The notes under the pieces: generated by a model | The model's database searches: none | Told to the model about the DNA's origin: nothing | Seen by the model: only the letters and a program-made list of their open reading frames with translations | In this document: positions 28,144 to 38,215 of the stretch, in pieces | Layout: every line of letters begins with the position of its first letter | Position numbering within the stretch: position 1 is the first letter of the stretch | Origin: Candidatus Latescibacterota bacterium | GTDB lineage: Bacteria; Latescibacterota; UBA2968; UBA8231 | Assembly: GCA_965200315.1 (NCBI GenBank) | Contig: OZ241362.1 | Coordinates: forward strand, 1,696,001-1,760,000 | Length of the DNA: 64,000 bases | Direction of reading: 5' to 3' | Program-made: the position numbers and the translations under genes

Positions 28144-29960
28144 CGAAAAGGGGAGCTGTAGGAAGGCAAGTGAGCAAAGCGTTTCAGCCCAAGGTGCAAA
28201 TGGGCTTGGGCTGCCGGCCCCAAATGTACTTGGAGATACCGATCCTCCACTTCAACGGACTGATCTTGGCCGTCTTCGTTTTCGAGTTGGGCGCTAGTGA
28301 ATTGGTGCTCGCCAAAGGAACCGGCCTGTAACAGGACGTCGCGGCCTGCCACTGGGTCCGTATTCACCAGCGTCAGACTAACTCCGTCGGCGCTGACCCG
28401 ATCGACTAAGGCCGCGACGTACTCGGGCAGACCGGGGCGACGGTGCTGCGGGTCGAAATAGTGCAGATGGGTCTGGAGCATCCCACCGTTGTAGATCGCC
28501 GCTGGCGTACCCAAGGCCATCTGGATCAGGGATTCGGGCAGCACAGGATTGAGCCTCTGGAAGTGGTAGCACTCGCGCGTCTCGGGATTGCTGTTGTCGC
28601 TTTCTAGGCGATTCAGACTGTGGCAGATGCTGGAATAGGTCGAGTCGATCACCTGATCGACGTAGCCTAAGTTTTTGCCTTCGATAAAGGCAAACCAAGC
28701 CGTTGGCGGGCAGATGCCGGCTTTGGCCGCACCCCAGTCGGGGGGCAGACCGGCAAAAGCGGCGCGATCGGGAAAAACTTCGTCGAGACGGGCCAAATCT
28801 CGCTCGCTTTGGCTCAAGTAATATAAATGAATGTACAAGTAGGGATCGGGCGGCCGAAAATCAAACCAGCCTTGGTCGCCGTGGCGAGCCGGCACCTTGA
28901 CGAGGCCGTTTTCCTCGCGCCGCAGTTCCCACAGCATATCGAGCTGCGAGCGGGCCAAGTCCAAATGAGAATCATCGCCGGTCATCAGCAGGGCGCAACT
29001 GCCAGCCACTAGGGCCGGCTCGACGATATTGCGCGCTCCGTGCGGCCAGCGCCAGCCGTAGTACCCACCCCACCACTTGCCGTCCATCAATTCGCCAATG
29101 GTTCCCTCGGGACCAATATTGTCGGGCATAATGCCGTTGTTGGCCGCGCAGCGTTCCTCCCACGCCTGCAAATAATCGAGCACCCAAGTTTTATATTGGT
29201 CGTCGCCAGTGTAGAGATAGGCGTTGGTGATCAAACTGGCGACACTCAGATTGAGAGGTACGTCGCAGCGGGTCATGCGCTGATTGATCAAGTCGAGGAC
29301 CTCGGCGAATACTTCATCGTCCGTCCAATCGACCTTGAATAGCGGGTCGGAGCTGTCGGCACCGGGAACATCCTCAAAGGGTGCCAGATAGTCAGCCAAG
29401 ATGGGCCGGTGGTAATCCCAATCGACTTGGGTGGTGACAAAGCGCGGTCCTTTGCTGCCGTTGAGCGGCGAGCGGATCATTTTGCGTTGGGCGTCCCAAT
29501 TGGGTGCCAGCGGGTCGTCGCCGGTGTACATAGCGGCGTAGCGCAGGGCGCGGGTGCGGTTGATGTGGTGGGCGGGACCGGCCAAGGCCAAATAGTAAAT
29601 GTAAGTATAGCTTTCAGAGTGGTGGAACCAGTCAAAGCCAGTGACAAACTCGCGCTCGACTGTGCCGTAGTTGGCGTACTGCCAAGTGATGGCGTCCCAC
29701 TCTTTGCAGGCAATCTGGTAGATGTGCTCGCCGCCGCCCAACAGGTAAAACAGGGGGAACGATAGGAAGGCCTCGTAGCCATTGTCCGTGCCGTCCATGC
29801 TGGTCCACTCCGTGCGCTGGATCAGGGTCCCGTCTGGACGGGTGCTGTGCTCGACAAAGGGGTGGGCGGCGCGGTCCATTAGAGCGATCAAGTCGCGTTG
29901 GCGCACGGCCCAATGGGGCGGGTTTTTGCGGGTCTTAGCTGCAATGGATACGCGGGTCAT
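28140..29960 (-). CDS. Conserved hypothetical 606-aa protein, possibly (alpha/alpha)-barrel lyase/hydrolase-like
   Basis: Long ORF with RBS GGGAGG; Trp/Tyr-rich motifs DNGYEAF, DWFHHSE, PDNIG, WWGGYYGWRWPHG and RRPGLP. Confidence 0.7.
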   Translation of the reverse strand: MTRVSIAAKTRKNPPHWAVRQRDLIALMDRAAHPFVEHSTRPDGTLIQRTEWTSMDGTDNGYEAFLSFPLFYLLGGGEHIYQIACKEWDAITWQYANYGTVEREFVTGFDWFHHSESYTYIYYLALAGPAHHINRTRALRYAAMYTGDDPLAPNWDAQRKMIRSPLNGSKGPRFVTTQVDWDYHRPILADYLAPFEDVPGADSSDPLFKVDWTDDEVFAEVLDLINQRMTRCDVPLNLSVASLITNAYLYTGDDQYKTWVLDYLQAWEERCAANNGIMPDNIGPEGTIGELMDGKWWGGYYGWRWPHGARNIVEPALVAGSCALLMTGDDSHLDLARSQLDMLWELRREENGLVKVPARHGDQGWFDFRPPDPYLYIHLYYLSQSERDLARLDEVFPDRAAFAGLPPDWGAAKAGICPPTAWFAFIEGKNLGYVDQVIDSTYSSICHSLNRLESDNSNPETRECYHFQRLNPVLPESLIQMALGTPAAIYNGGMLQTHLHYFDPQHRRPGLPEYVAALVDRVSADGVSLTLVNTDPVAGRDVLLQAGSFGEHQFTSAQLENEDGQDQSVEVEDRYLQVHLGPAAQAHLHLGLKRFAHLPSYSSPFR

Positions 29961-30003
29961 TTTGGGTTCCTCCCAGTGGTCAGCATCTTGTACAAACAGC
30001 GAA

Positions 30004-30750
30004 TTATTCAGGTCGCAAATCCGTGTACCGCTCTGCCCGTGGCCCTCCTTCCCCGCGCACTAGAAACACTGGAATCGGATGTTGGTCCATGTCCACCCAA
30101 GCCGTGTCGGTGCTACAGTAGCGGATCGTATAACCGGTGCGCCGGCGTCCACTCTCATTGGCTAGGCTGCCGTGCAGAATGTAGGAATCGTGGATGGATA
30201 GACTACCGGCCTTCATCTCCATCATCACGGCTTGGTCCTCCATTTCGGGGGGGACCAAGACCTTCTTCCGCAGCATCTCGGTCTCCGCCGCAGGCACGGT
30301 TTCCAACTCCCGGTAGCCCCGGTGTGAACCGGGTATGATGCGCATAGCGGCGTTTTCAGCGTCCGCGTCGTCGAGCGCCAGCCACACTGTGGCCACATCG
30401 GTGCCGTGGACGCTGGGCCAGTAGTTGTTGTCTTGGTGCCAACCCACGCTGGTTCCATCGCCCGGCAGCTTGATGAACATGCTCGAATAGACCAAGATCA
30501 GGTTGGGGCCCAGGATGGCCTCCACTGCATCAAGCAGGAGCGGATAGCGACAGACCTCCAGCCAGAACACTTCCTTGGTATGCGGCTCGCCGTAGTATTG
30601 ATCCCGGTCGAGAAAACCCGCACGCACGCCCACATCCAGCGAATGCTGCATGGCGGCGACTTCGTCTAGCCCGAACACATCGGGGAAAAAGCAATAGCCT
30701 TCTAAGTCAAAGCGCTCGACGTCGGTATTCAGCACAACAAGTCCCTTCAT
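30004..30750 (-). CDS. Phytanoyl-CoA dioxygenase (PhyH) family Fe(II)/2OG enzyme
   Basis: WHQD.YW, VWLALDD, IPGSH, HGS..N.S.RRR; canonical HxD...H triad. Confidence 0.9.
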   Translation of the reverse strand: MKGLVVLNTDVERFDLEGYCFFPDVFGLDEVAAMQHSLDVGVRAGFLDRDQYYGEPHTKEVFWLEVCRYPLLLDAVEAILGPNLILVYSSMFIKLPGDGTSVGWHQDNNYWPSVHGTDVATVWLALDDADAENAAMRIIPGSHRGYRELETVPAAETEMLRKKVLVPPEMEDQAVMMEMKAGSLSIHDSYILHGSLANESGRRRTGYTIRYCSTDTAWVDMDQHPIPVFLVRGEGGPRAERYTDLRPE

Positions 30751-30870
30751 TTTTGCGGACGAGCCCGCGAGTCTGCGAAGGCGTCGCTCAAATCCCGTAA
30801 ACCCGAGCGGCGTTCTCCCCCAGCACTTTGGCTCGATCGCCCTCGTCTAACTCCGCGGCAAAAGTACGAA

Positions 30871-31002
30871 TTATTTCCAAACTCTGCCGGTACGTGATGT
30901 GGCGGCCAACCGGCGGCCAGTCCGAGACTCACAGCACTCAAGCTCTTGAGCAGACGGAGGAAAGTTGGGCAGCACGTGAACATGAACGTCGATAACGGGC
31001 AT
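30871..31002 (-). pseudogene. Possible amidohydrolase N-terminal remnant
   Basis: Strong RBS AAGGAGGTG, then ATG 31002 MPVIDVHVHV (DxHxH), then an early stop after about 43 codons. Confidence 0.4.
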
Positions 31003-31349
31003 TGACACCTCCTTACTCGTTTGAGCCACTACAGGAACTATGTACGCAATAACGAACCGATTCACTAATTTCGCAACGTCAGGGACCACAGCTCCACCAC
31101 GGTCTCAGTGCCGACAGGCCACCTGTCCCAACATTTTATCTTGTTGGCTCAATAGCGCGTCCGTATTCTTAGAGGCACTTTGCCGCAACAGACCTCCCAC
31201 TCACTAGAAGAAAGATAAAGACAATGGCGAATGTATCTCTCGTCAGAGAGGGCGTTCTAACTATGAGGCCCCCTCGTTGAGTATTCTATCCTCGCAGATC
31301 GCCCAAGACCACACTCCGGCGCGAGTGCTACGGTCCTAGAGCTAGGCAA

Positions 31350-33629
31350 ATGGTGCGGCAGAGGGCAATAATGACAATAACAAGGAAGTGCGCTCTATGC
31401 GGGGTCCAAATTGTTGCAGGATGGTTCCTTGTCTTGGTGGCCTGTGCTGAGCGAGATCAGGCGGCCAGCACCCAGCGCATGGCTGAACTCCTAGAAGACA
31501 TAGCCGCCAATGTCGATCCCGCCACACATCCGTATGTGAACTTGGACCGAGTTGCATATTTCCGTGCTCGGTTGGACCACCTACGCCAATCCAGTGCGGC
31601 CACCAATCCTCGGACGCGAGAACAAATCCTGCAAGCCCGTTTTTCTCTTGCCAACGAACTGCTGCAAGCGGGCCAATCCGATCGAGCAGTGCAGGAGTAC
31701 CGGCAACTGCAGACTGTGTTCCACCATCCTCGGCTTCGGCATTCTCTCCAACTGCTAGTGGGCTTGGCCTATCTCCGTTTGGGCGAACAAGAAAACTGCA
31801 TTGTGCAACACAATATCGACTCTTGTCTAATGCCGATCCGCGGCCCTGGAGTGCACCAAATCAAGCGCGGATCGAGTGCCGCTATCGAGGAGTTTTTGGG
31901 GGTTCTGAGCAGAAATCCAAGCAATTTGTCGGCTCGTTGGCTACTCAATATCGCCTATATGACGCTGGGGCAGTACCCAGAAGAGGTGCCGCAAAACTTG
32001 CTGATTCCACCCGAAGTATTCACCTCTGACTACGATATTGGGGTTTTTCGCGATGTCGCTCCCCAGTTGGGGCTGGATGTGCTCGGGCTTTCGGGGGGGG
32101 CCATTATGGAAGACTTTGACGGCGATGGCTACCTCGATATCATGGCTTCATCTTGGGGACTGCGCGACCCACTCCGCTACTTCCGTAACCAAGGAGGAGG
32201 CATCTTCGCAGATCGCACACAAGCGGCAGGTTTGGAGGGTATTGTAGGTGGCTTGAATATCTGCCAAGCCGACTACGATAATAACGGCTATGCGGACGTA
32301 CTGGTGCTGCGCGGTGCTTGGCTCGACGAGGGACGCTACCCCAACTCACTGTTAGCCAATCGGGGAAATGGGCACTTTTTCGATGCGACCGAGGCTGCCG
32401 GCTTGCTCACTTTCCACCCAACACAGACAGCGACTTGGGGCGATTTCGACAACGACGGTTGGGTCGACCTATTTGTCGGCAACGAATCGCAGGGGCAGGC
32501 CATTCATCCGTGCGAGTTGTTCCGCAACGGAGGCGAAGACTCTGGACGCGGAGTATCGGCGGTACAATTCGTCGATGTAGCCGATACAGCGGGACTCGAT
32601 GTGGTCGGATGGGTCAAAGGAGTGGCCTGGGGCGACTACAACAACGATGGACAACTAGATCTGTACATCTCGCGTTTGAAACCCGAAGAATCTAATCTGC
32701 TCTTTCGCAATCAGGGGAGCGGGCGTTTCGCCGATGTGACGGCCTCGGCAGGCGTAGCCGGACCGTCCTATAGTTTTCCGACTTGGTTCTGGGACTACGA
32801 CAACGATGGGTGGCAGGATATATTTGTCGCCGGTTTCAAGGGTGAGGTAGCGGACGTGGCGGCCGCTTATTTGGGCCTGCCGCACCGCGCTGAAGAGCCT
32901 CATCTATACCGCAACAACGGCGACGATACTTTTACCGATGTCACACGCAAGGTAGGGCTCAACGAACCCCTCCTAGCCATGGGCAGCAATTTCGGCGACC
33001 TAGACAACGACGGGTACCAAGATTGTTATATAGGCACCGGCGACCCGTATATGGCTACGCTAGTCCCCAACCGCATGTTCCGCAATGCCGACGGCAACTT
33101 CTTCCAAGATGTCACCACCTCGGGCGGCTTTGGACATCTGCAAAAGGGCCACGGTGTGGCTTTTGGAGATATTGACCACGATGGCGACCAAGATGTTTTT
33201 TCGGTCATTGGCGGGGCTTTTACCGGCGATACCTATCAGAACGTCCTCTTCGCCAATCCGGGTCACGGCAATCGCTGGATCAAGCTCCGACTCGAGGGCC
33301 GGCGCACCAATCGGGCCGCCATTGGAGCACGCGTAAAGGTGAGCGTGAACACCGCACATGGCAGCCGCGACATTTATTCCACAGTGACCAGCGGAGGCAG
33401 TTTTGGTGCCTCTAGTCTACAATGCGAAATAGGCCTGGGACAGGCTGAGTCTATCGAGGCGATTGAAATCGTCTGGCCCACCAGTGGGGAAGTGCAGCAT
33501 TTCAATGACATTGAAATGGACCAAGGTCTATACATCCACGAAGGTGATTCGCATCCAACTCGCTGGCAGTTTAAATCTTTTGTCATCGCCCCGGGCAATG
33601 AATCGGACGGGCTGGCACACAACCACTAG
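31350..33629 (+). CDS. CRTAC1-family FG-GAP repeat / ASPIC-UnbV lipoprotein with N-terminal TPR-like region
   Basis: Lipobox-like LVAC; repeated D.DNDG..D motifs; GHLQKGHGVAFGD; C-terminal NRAAIGARV...GLG...I.WP.SG. Confidence 0.88.
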   Translation: MVRQRAIMTITRKCALCGVQIVAGWFLVLVACAERDQAASTQRMAELLEDIAANVDPATHPYVNLDRVAYFRARLDHLRQSSAATNPRTREQILQARFSLANELLQAGQSDRAVQEYRQLQTVFHHPRLRHSLQLLVGLAYLRLGEQENCIVQHNIDSCLMPIRGPGVHQIKRGSSAAIEEFLGVLSRNPSNLSARWLLNIAYMTLGQYPEEVPQNLLIPPEVFTSDYDIGVFRDVAPQLGLDVLGLSGGAIMEDFDGDGYLDIMASSWGLRDPLRYFRNQGGGIFADRTQAAGLEGIVGGLNICQADYDNNGYADVLVLRGAWLDEGRYPNSLLANRGNGHFFDATEAAGLLTFHPTQTATWGDFDNDGWVDLFVGNESQGQAIHPCELFRNGGEDSGRGVSAVQFVDVADTAGLDVVGWVKGVAWGDYNNDGQLDLYISRLKPEESNLLFRNQGSGRFADVTASAGVAGPSYSFPTWFWDYDNDGWQDIFVAGFKGEVADVAAAYLGLPHRAEEPHLYRNNGDDTFTDVTRKVGLNEPLLAMGSNFGDLDNDGYQDCYIGTGDPYMATLVPNRMFRNADGNFFQDVTTSGGFGHLQKGHGVAFGDIDHDGDQDVFSVIGGAFTGDTYQNVLFANPGHGNRWIKLRLEGRRTNRAAIGARVKVSVNTAHGSRDIYSTVTSGGSFGASSLQCEIGLGQAESIEAIEIVWPTSGEVQHFNDIEMDQGLYIHEGDSHPTRWQFKSFVIAPGNESDGLAHNH

Positions 33630-33665
33630 TCTTCCCTGCCGGTTTGGCAAGACTCCCGACGCTCT

Positions 33666-35249
33666 TTGAGAGAGGATAACTTCTCTATGTATTTTCCAAA
33701 GCTACGGAAGACATCGAGTACCATTTGCCGAATCGGTCATGCAATTTCATTGATATGTATCCTGTACCACGTTGGAGCCGTGCATGGACAGGGTGACGAG
33801 GCAAGTGCTTCCTCAAGGTCAAGGAGCCAAGAGCATTATAGGCTCGGCCTGCTCCATGCCCAAAAGGGCGACTATGAAAACGCGGAGAGGGAGTACAAGC
33901 AAGCGATAAAATTAGATGCCTATAACATCTATCCGCACGACGGCCTCGGTTTCATTTACGCCCTACAAAGCAGATTGGGCGAGGCGGAAGAAGAATTTGC
34001 CAAGGTACTCCAGATTGATCCGGGCTACGCACCGACACACTACAAGTTGGGTAAAATTTTTTTTATTCGCCAAGAGTACGACAAGGCTTTCGCTTCTTAC
34101 CAAAAGGCCATTGAGGCCAACCCCAAGTATTTTCCCGCCCACCACGGCTTGGGTGTCCTCTACGTGCAGACCCAAGAGCGGGCTAAGGCAGCAGAGCATT
34201 TCAAAGCAGCTATCGACCTCAACCCCAACTACGGGCCCTCTCGCTACCGGCTCGGAGCGATATATCTAGAAGAAGGGATCTATTCTCAAGCCGTAGAGGA
34301 ATTGCGGCAGGCGGCCCAGCTAGTCGCCAACGAACCGTCTATCCACTTTGTATTGGGGAATGCCTATATGTCAATAGGCAAGCTTTCAGAGGCCGCAGAA
34401 TCATTCCGCAGAACATTGCAACTGGAGCCGAGTTGGGCCGAGGTACACGATAAACTGGGCTTGGTCTACACCGATCAGTCCTTGGCCCTGCTGGGGGCCG
34501 TCATGGCGGACCAAGACAAGCTAGCAGCCGCTGTTGAGGAGCATCGCAAGGCCGTGGACTTGGCCCCTGAAAACGGTTGGTTCCAGCACAATCTAGGTAT
34601 GGCCTATGAACGCCAACGACAGTACGACGAAGCAGCGAAGCAGTTCGTCAAGGCACTCGCAGTCAATCCCGATATGGCCTACACCCGTTATCGGCTCGGT
34701 ATGATCTACTCGAGAGACAAAAAATACCAAGATGCTATTGAGGAATACCAAGATGCCATCCGGCTCGAGCCCGACCGGTCGGTTTTCCACTACGCCTTGG
34801 GGGCCGTATACGCCAAGATCGGCAGAGGGGAAGAAGCGATTGGCAAATTCAAAAAAGCCATCGAACTCGACTACTATAATGCCGAAGCACATTTCGGTCT
34901 GGCCAACGCCTATCTGAAACGGGGCAAAAGCGAGGCGGGCGCAAAGGAGATGGGAATCTTCAAAAAACTGCGCGAAGGCAATATAGCGGATCTGGAACAG
35001 CGGGTCGTCTTAGTGCCCGATAATCCAAAGTACCACGGCGAATTAGCCGCTCACTATACTCAACAGGGCAGATATATAAAGGCGATCAATGAGTACAAGC
35101 AGGCCATCGGTCTCGATCCGCATAATCTCGAGTATCGCCGGTTGCTCAAAGATGCCTATGTCAAAGCAGGGCGCTATCGGGAAGCGGAAGAGCAACAGGA
35201 GATTATCCAGCACTTGGACGCCAAACGACAGCAGACTCCCACCCCATAG
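33666..35249 (+). CDS. Multi-TPR protein, probably secreted
   Basis: More than ten 34-aa repeats of the type HY.LG..Y...G.Y..A...Y..AI.L.P. Confidence 0.92.
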   Translation: MREDNFSMYFPKLRKTSSTICRIGHAISLICILYHVGAVHGQGDEASASSRSRSQEHYRLGLLHAQKGDYENAEREYKQAIKLDAYNIYPHDGLGFIYALQSRLGEAEEEFAKVLQIDPGYAPTHYKLGKIFFIRQEYDKAFASYQKAIEANPKYFPAHHGLGVLYVQTQERAKAAEHFKAAIDLNPNYGPSRYRLGAIYLEEGIYSQAVEELRQAAQLVANEPSIHFVLGNAYMSIGKLSEAAESFRRTLQLEPSWAEVHDKLGLVYTDQSLALLGAVMADQDKLAAAVEEHRKAVDLAPENGWFQHNLGMAYERQRQYDEAAKQFVKALAVNPDMAYTRYRLGMIYSRDKKYQDAIEEYQDAIRLEPDRSVFHYALGAVYAKIGRGEEAIGKFKKAIELDYYNAEAHFGLANAYLKRGKSEAGAKEMGIFKKLREGNIADLEQRVVLVPDNPKYHGELAAHYTQQGRYIKAINEYKQAIGLDPHNLEYRRLLKDAYVKAGRYREAEEQQEIIQHLDAKRQQTPTP

Positions 35250-35255
35250 AGACTG

Positions 35256-36938
35256 TTGGTTTATATGCATTTCTTTTTTCTCCTACTCATTTCCTCACGG
35301 CTTTTAGCTGTCGAAGGACGAGTAGAGGGGCGAGTCCAGTTCGTGGATGTAGCGGAGGAAGTGGGGATTGTGGCGCAGAACGTCTCCGGGGATAGCGAGC
35401 AGACGTACTTGGTCGACAGCATGATGGGAGGATCGGCTTTTTTCGACTACGACCAAGACGGCGATGTGGATTTGTACATCTTGAACGGGTCGAAGGTGGT
35501 TGGCTTTCCAGACCAAGAGCACCCGCGCAATACCTTTTATAGAAACGAACAGGGAAAATTCGTCGATGCTACCGATGAAGCGAACTTGGGTGACGCGGGC
35601 TGGGGTATGGGATGCGCCGTCGGCGATTATAACAACGATGGCGACTTGGACATTTATATAACCAACTACGGCAGGAACGTACTGTACGCTAACCAAGGCG
35701 ACGGGACTTTTGTCGATATGACCGAGTACGCCCAAGTAGGAGATGAGCGATTCGGTACAGGATGCGCCTTCCTCGATTACGACGGCGACGGATATCTAGA
35801 TATGTACGTAGCCAACTACGTCGATTTCAAGCACTTTCTGCAGACCACTCCCAATAAGTCCTATATGTGGAAAGGTTTAAGGGTTCACTTCGGACCGCGC
35901 GGAATGAAGGGGAGTGGGGATATCCTATATCGCAACCAAGGCGACGGGACTTTTGCCGATGTGACCGTAGAGGCGCGGGTGGTGGACCAAGATAAGCTCT
36001 ACGGTATGGGCGTGATCGGTGGCGATTACGACCGAGATGGCGATGTGGACATCTATGTGGCCAACGACACGGGGGCCAATTTCCTTTATCAGAACCAAGG
36101 CGACGGGACTTTTGCCGATATCGGCTGGATGACCGGTGCTGCCTATGGCGAAAGTGGCGAGGCTCAAGGCTGCATGGGTATTGCCTATGGGGATTACGAC
36201 AACGACCTGTACCAAGACATATTAGTCACCAACTTCTGGGAGCAGACCAATACGCTTTACCACAACGACCGCGGCACATTCTTTTCCGATTTCAGCTTTG
36301 ACGCCGGCGTGGGCAAGGAGAGTTTCCAGTTTTTGGCTTGGGGCACCGAGTTTTTCGACTATGACAACGACGGTGATAAAGATCTTTTCGTGGCCAATGG
36401 CCACCTCTTTCCACAATTGGACAGGGCCAATCTAGGCACTAGCTATGCCCAGACCAATCAACTCTTTGAAAATTTGGGCGACGGTACCTTCGTCGAGGTA
36501 TCGCCGTTATCGGGGCAGGGCTTAGGTATTAAAAAAGTGAGCAGAGGGGCTTCCTTTGGAGATTACGACGATGATGGGGATATAGACATATTTGTCCTGA
36601 ATATCAACGATCGCCCCACTTTGTTGCGCAATGATGGTGGTAACGAGAACAACTGGTTAGTGGTCAAGACTATAGGCACTGAAAGCAACAGAGACGGCAT
36701 AGGGGCTAGAATTGAGGTCCGCTGCGGCGAGCTCACGCAAAGCACCGAAATCCGGAGTGGTGCCAGCTATCTCTCGCACAATGACTTGAGAGCCCATTTC
36801 GGCTTGGGGCAAAGAGTAGCCATAGACTTGTTGGTAGTGCATTGGCCAAGTGGCCGACAAGAACGGTTTGAAAACCTCTCTGCCAATAGACTCGTGGTTC
36901 TGCAAGAGGGCGCGGGCATTGTCCACATAGGTCAATAG
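35256..36938 (+). CDS. CRTAC1-family FG-GAP repeat / ASPIC-UnbV protein
   Basis: FFDYDQDGDVDLY, GMGCAVGDYNNDGDLDIY, SRGASFGDYDDDGDID, NRDGIGARI...HFGLG...HWPSG. Confidence 0.92.
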   Translation: MVYMHFFFLLLISSRLLAVEGRVEGRVQFVDVAEEVGIVAQNVSGDSEQTYLVDSMMGGSAFFDYDQDGDVDLYILNGSKVVGFPDQEHPRNTFYRNEQGKFVDATDEANLGDAGWGMGCAVGDYNNDGDLDIYITNYGRNVLYANQGDGTFVDMTEYAQVGDERFGTGCAFLDYDGDGYLDMYVANYVDFKHFLQTTPNKSYMWKGLRVHFGPRGMKGSGDILYRNQGDGTFADVTVEARVVDQDKLYGMGVIGGDYDRDGDVDIYVANDTGANFLYQNQGDGTFADIGWMTGAAYGESGEAQGCMGIAYGDYDNDLYQDILVTNFWEQTNTLYHNDRGTFFSDFSFDAGVGKESFQFLAWGTEFFDYDNDGDKDLFVANGHLFPQLDRANLGTSYAQTNQLFENLGDGTFVEVSPLSGQGLGIKKVSRGASFGDYDDDGDIDIFVLNINDRPTLLRNDGGNENNWLVVKTIGTESNRDGIGARIEVRCGELTQSTEIRSGASYLSHNDLRAHFGLGQRVAIDLLVVHWPSGRQERFENLSANRLVVLQEGAGIVHIGQ

Positions 36939-36939
36939 T

Positions 36940-37139
36940 TCGTACTCTTCTTGCGATTTCGGCTAATTTTATAGAGATATTTCATATATAAGTATTTATA
37001 AATAAATATTTTATGTCTTTGTTATTGTGAGTTTCATAAAAACAATGCTTTACAAAAATCAGCTTGATTTCCCAGTCTTATTTCTTTATATGTTAATACG
37101 TTATTTTGTAGCTTCACCTACCTTACTACCGAAAAATAT
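36940..37139 (+). promoter_or_regulatory. Very AT-rich promoter region upstream of the six-gene envelope cassette
   Basis: The most AT-rich stretch of the window by eye. TTGATT (37064), 17 bp, TATATG; palindrome TATTTATAAATA near 36993. Confidence 0.55.
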
Positions 37140-37220
37140 TTGAAAGGAGGAGACAAAAAGCCCTTTGAGCAACAAACCGCTAAAAAAGCAATTTTCTCCC
37201 ACAGGAAAGGACTTTGGGTG

Positions 37221-38147
37221 ATGAGCAGAACAATGAGTTGTAGCCTCTTGGCATTAAGTTTTGTCCTTTTCACCGTCGTGGCCAGTTCGGCTCACCTGCG
37301 GACAGACAGAAACTGGGCCGCAGTTCAGGTGCCTATTGGCGTCGATGGCATAAGAGATGTCCAGATGGACGGAGACATAAGTGAATGGGACAACGTGCCT
37401 TCGGTCTTCTGGGTGACCCATGAAGATCTGATCGAGACCGTCACCGGCACCCAAGGGGATCCCGACCCTTCCAATCTAGCCGAGCGCATCATTTTCGGCT
37501 GGAGTCCAGTGACCAACATTTTGTATTTCATGGAGGAAAGGTTTGACGACCTCTTTTACGGGACCATCGAAAATAATTTCGATACGGTTGAGGTGACCTT
37601 GGACTTCGACCACAGCGGCGACGCCATCTTCCAGAATGTACAATCGGCGGATTTGGATCCAGAAAGGTGGGAAGGGGCCCTATCCCAGAATTACCGCTAC
37701 ACGCTACACCAAGAAAATCATATGTGGCTCTGGGGCGGAGCTCCATGGGCAGGAGTCGAGCCTTATTCTGGTGCCAAATGGAGTTTTGAGGGTGATATCA
37801 ACGGCGGTGCCGGTACCCTGTTCATGGAGATGTGGTTCACTCCCTTCGACGATTTGCCTACCAGCTCTACGGGCATAGATGACGAAGATGTGATCGTCCA
37901 CACTATGCAGGCGGGCGAAATCATGGGTATTGGTTTTGCCGTTCAGGACGATGACAACGGTGCCGAAGGCTCGTACAACGGCTACTGGACCAATAGCGGC
38001 GACACGGAAATCTATTTCAAAGCTACCGCTATGGTTGACTATGTCCTACTCCCCTTTGATGAGAGTATCTGGGTAGCAGGTGAAGACGTAGGTACTGCTG
38101 TCGAGTCGGATAGCTGGGGGGACATCAAGGCGAGTTTTTCCCGCTAA
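37221..38147 (+). CDS. Secreted acidic DOMON/CBM9-like protein with C-terminal TAVExxSWGxIK tail
   Basis: Signal peptide ending ASSA-H; MDGDISEW near the start and GFAVQDDD near the end resemble DOMON/CBM9; tail GTAVESDSWGDIKASFSR. Start at ATG 37221 after AGGAAAGGA; ORF track starts at 37140. Confidence 0.75.
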   Translation: MSRTMSCSLLALSFVLFTVVASSAHLRTDRNWAAVQVPIGVDGIRDVQMDGDISEWDNVPSVFWVTHEDLIETVTGTQGDPDPSNLAERIIFGWSPVTNILYFMEERFDDLFYGTIENNFDTVEVTLDFDHSGDAIFQNVQSADLDPERWEGALSQNYRYTLHQENHMWLWGGAPWAGVEPYSGAKWSFEGDINGGAGTLFMEMWFTPFDDLPTSSTGIDDEDVIVHTMQAGEIMGIGFAVQDDDNGAEGSYNGYWTNSGDTEIYFKATAMVDYVLLPFDESIWVAGEDVGTAVESDSWGDIKASFSR

Positions 38148-38177
38148 GGATAAGAAGTAAGAGAAAATGAGCAGTTC

Positions 38178-38208
38178 AGGGGGCGAGGTCATCTTCGCCC
38201 CCTTTTTT
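38178..38208 (+). terminator. Intrinsic terminator after the first gene of the cassette
   Basis: AGGGGGCGAGG-TCAT-CTTCGCCCCCT followed by TTTTT. Confidence 0.85.
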
Positions 38209-38215
38209 AATAATT

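Noticed and set aside
31224-31340. Possible decayed gene start (MANVSLVREGVLTMRPPR, then LSILSSQIAQ in another frame)
   Set aside because: Too short and degenerate to assign without a search.
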